Assembly (NCBI GenBank): GCA_964106915.2
Contig: OZ066919.1
Reading direction: 5' to 3' (one strand)
DNA: 64,000 bases
DNA from: Podarcis gaigeae
Taxonomy: Eukaryota
Within the stretch, counting starts at the first letter, position 1; every line of letters begins with the position of its first letter. A program made the position numbers and the translations under genes. Shown in pieces: positions 62,871 to 64,000 of the stretch. A model generated the notes under the pieces. It ran no database searches. It worked only from the letters and a program-made list of their open reading frames with translations, and was not told where the DNA came from.

Positions 62871-63796
62871 TAAAAAGGCCAAAGCAGGAAAAGTTTAGTT
62901 TCTGCGCTTTCAGTGCGCAAACAAGTCCCAGAAATAACTGGAGGAACACTCACGTTAATTTCCTTGTAGGGATTCGCACCACTTCAAATCCCTTATTGGT
63001 AAACGGAAATTTGGCAGAAATTTAAAAAAGGCTTCGCGCACCGAGTCACACAACCCCCCCCCCCCCAAAGCAAAATATAGCTTAAATTTGTGTGCTTGAG
63101 GAAGAATGACAGGCGATATGGAAATTTCGAGAGATGCTGCTCTCCCTTTATTAGGTGGATTCATTGGGGAAGGCTGCTCCCCTTAGGCAACCATTTGAGA
63201 GAACAGGATATTCCCCATCCTCCACCCTAAATGAAGCCCAGCACCTTATCTGTAGTGTTGAAATATTGTGTTCTGGGGAAGTTCTCGGAATGAGTGCCTA
63301 AAACGGTCCCTGCTTGGAAAATTACGATCAAAAACAGGTATGGGCAACCTTTGGCCTTCCCTGTGTTGCTGAATTACAACCTTCACCAGCCACAGCAAGC
63401 TGGTCCGATGGCCAGGGATGGTGGAAGTTGAGTACTATCTGGAGGGCCAAAGGTTGCCCCACACCTGTTCTAAAATACATTGCACACAAGGAAAAGGGGG
63501 TGAGAAGAGATATTTACCTTTTTGACTGCACTTGGCCGTGCCACATTTACTCACGCTTTTGTAACTTCTAGGCTTGGCTATTGTAGGGTGCTGTGTAGGG
63601 TGCTGTGCCCTTAAGGACAGCTCTGAAGCATCATTTGGTCTAGAAGGCACCTTTTTAAGGGTGGGAAAAATGCATTCCCATATAGCCTCTTTGCATTTGT
63701 TGCACTGACTATCGCTATGGCTTGAGGCCCAGGCTAGATGCTATCTGTATCAAAGTAAAAATATCGCTCTTTCAGTAGCTCCATGTGATACTTTCA

Positions 63797-64000
63797 TTTT
63801 TTATCCCCCCCAATTTTTTATTGGTTTTCCAGATTTATAACAAACAAATAGAAAAAAGAACATCAAAAAACAAACAAACAAACATTTATCCTAATTGTAA
63901 TAGTTCCACTTTTGTTAACATATTGGGTGACTTCCTCGAATCCCCCTGGCTGAGCTTCCATATAAATCATTGTAGCAGTTTTCCAAAACTATTTTCACTA
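63797..64000 (-). mobile_element. Probable L1-like 3' end running off the window
   Basis: T-rich tail, tttatt and A/C-rich 3' UTR organised like 9381-9700. Confidence 0.45.

Overview
Vertebrate genomic DNA, almost certainly a lacertid lizard (Podarcis-type Sauria SINEs), syntenic with human 1p32.3. I reconstructed the genes by hand from splice sites and reading phase. They are the 5' part of FAM151A (-), a complete three-coding-exon TMEM205-like gene (+, 187 aa), complete TTC4 (-, 10 exons, 385 aa), a maestro HEAT-repeat gene at the MROH7 position (-, at least 20 exons, one GC-AG intron, 5' end unresolved) and PARS2 (-, one coding exon, 476 aa). Three CpG-island promoters are visible. Interspersed repeats are dense: Sauria and other SINEs, CR1/L2 fragments, hAT and Tc1/mariner MITEs with target-site duplications (TSDs), a TSD-flanked 2.2-kb internally deleted L1-like element, and a 1.8-kb non-autonomous hAT element beside the PARS2 promoter. 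There is a 162-N assembly gap. The most notable observations are a probable TMEM205 ohnolog absent from the human locus, inversion of the MROH7-TTC4 block relative to human, the ORF2-deleted L1-like element with both ends intact, a MITE family carrying a ZNF143-type motif, and a 6-nt acceptor slide in TTC4. Gene identities rest on recalled human protein sequences; no searches were run.
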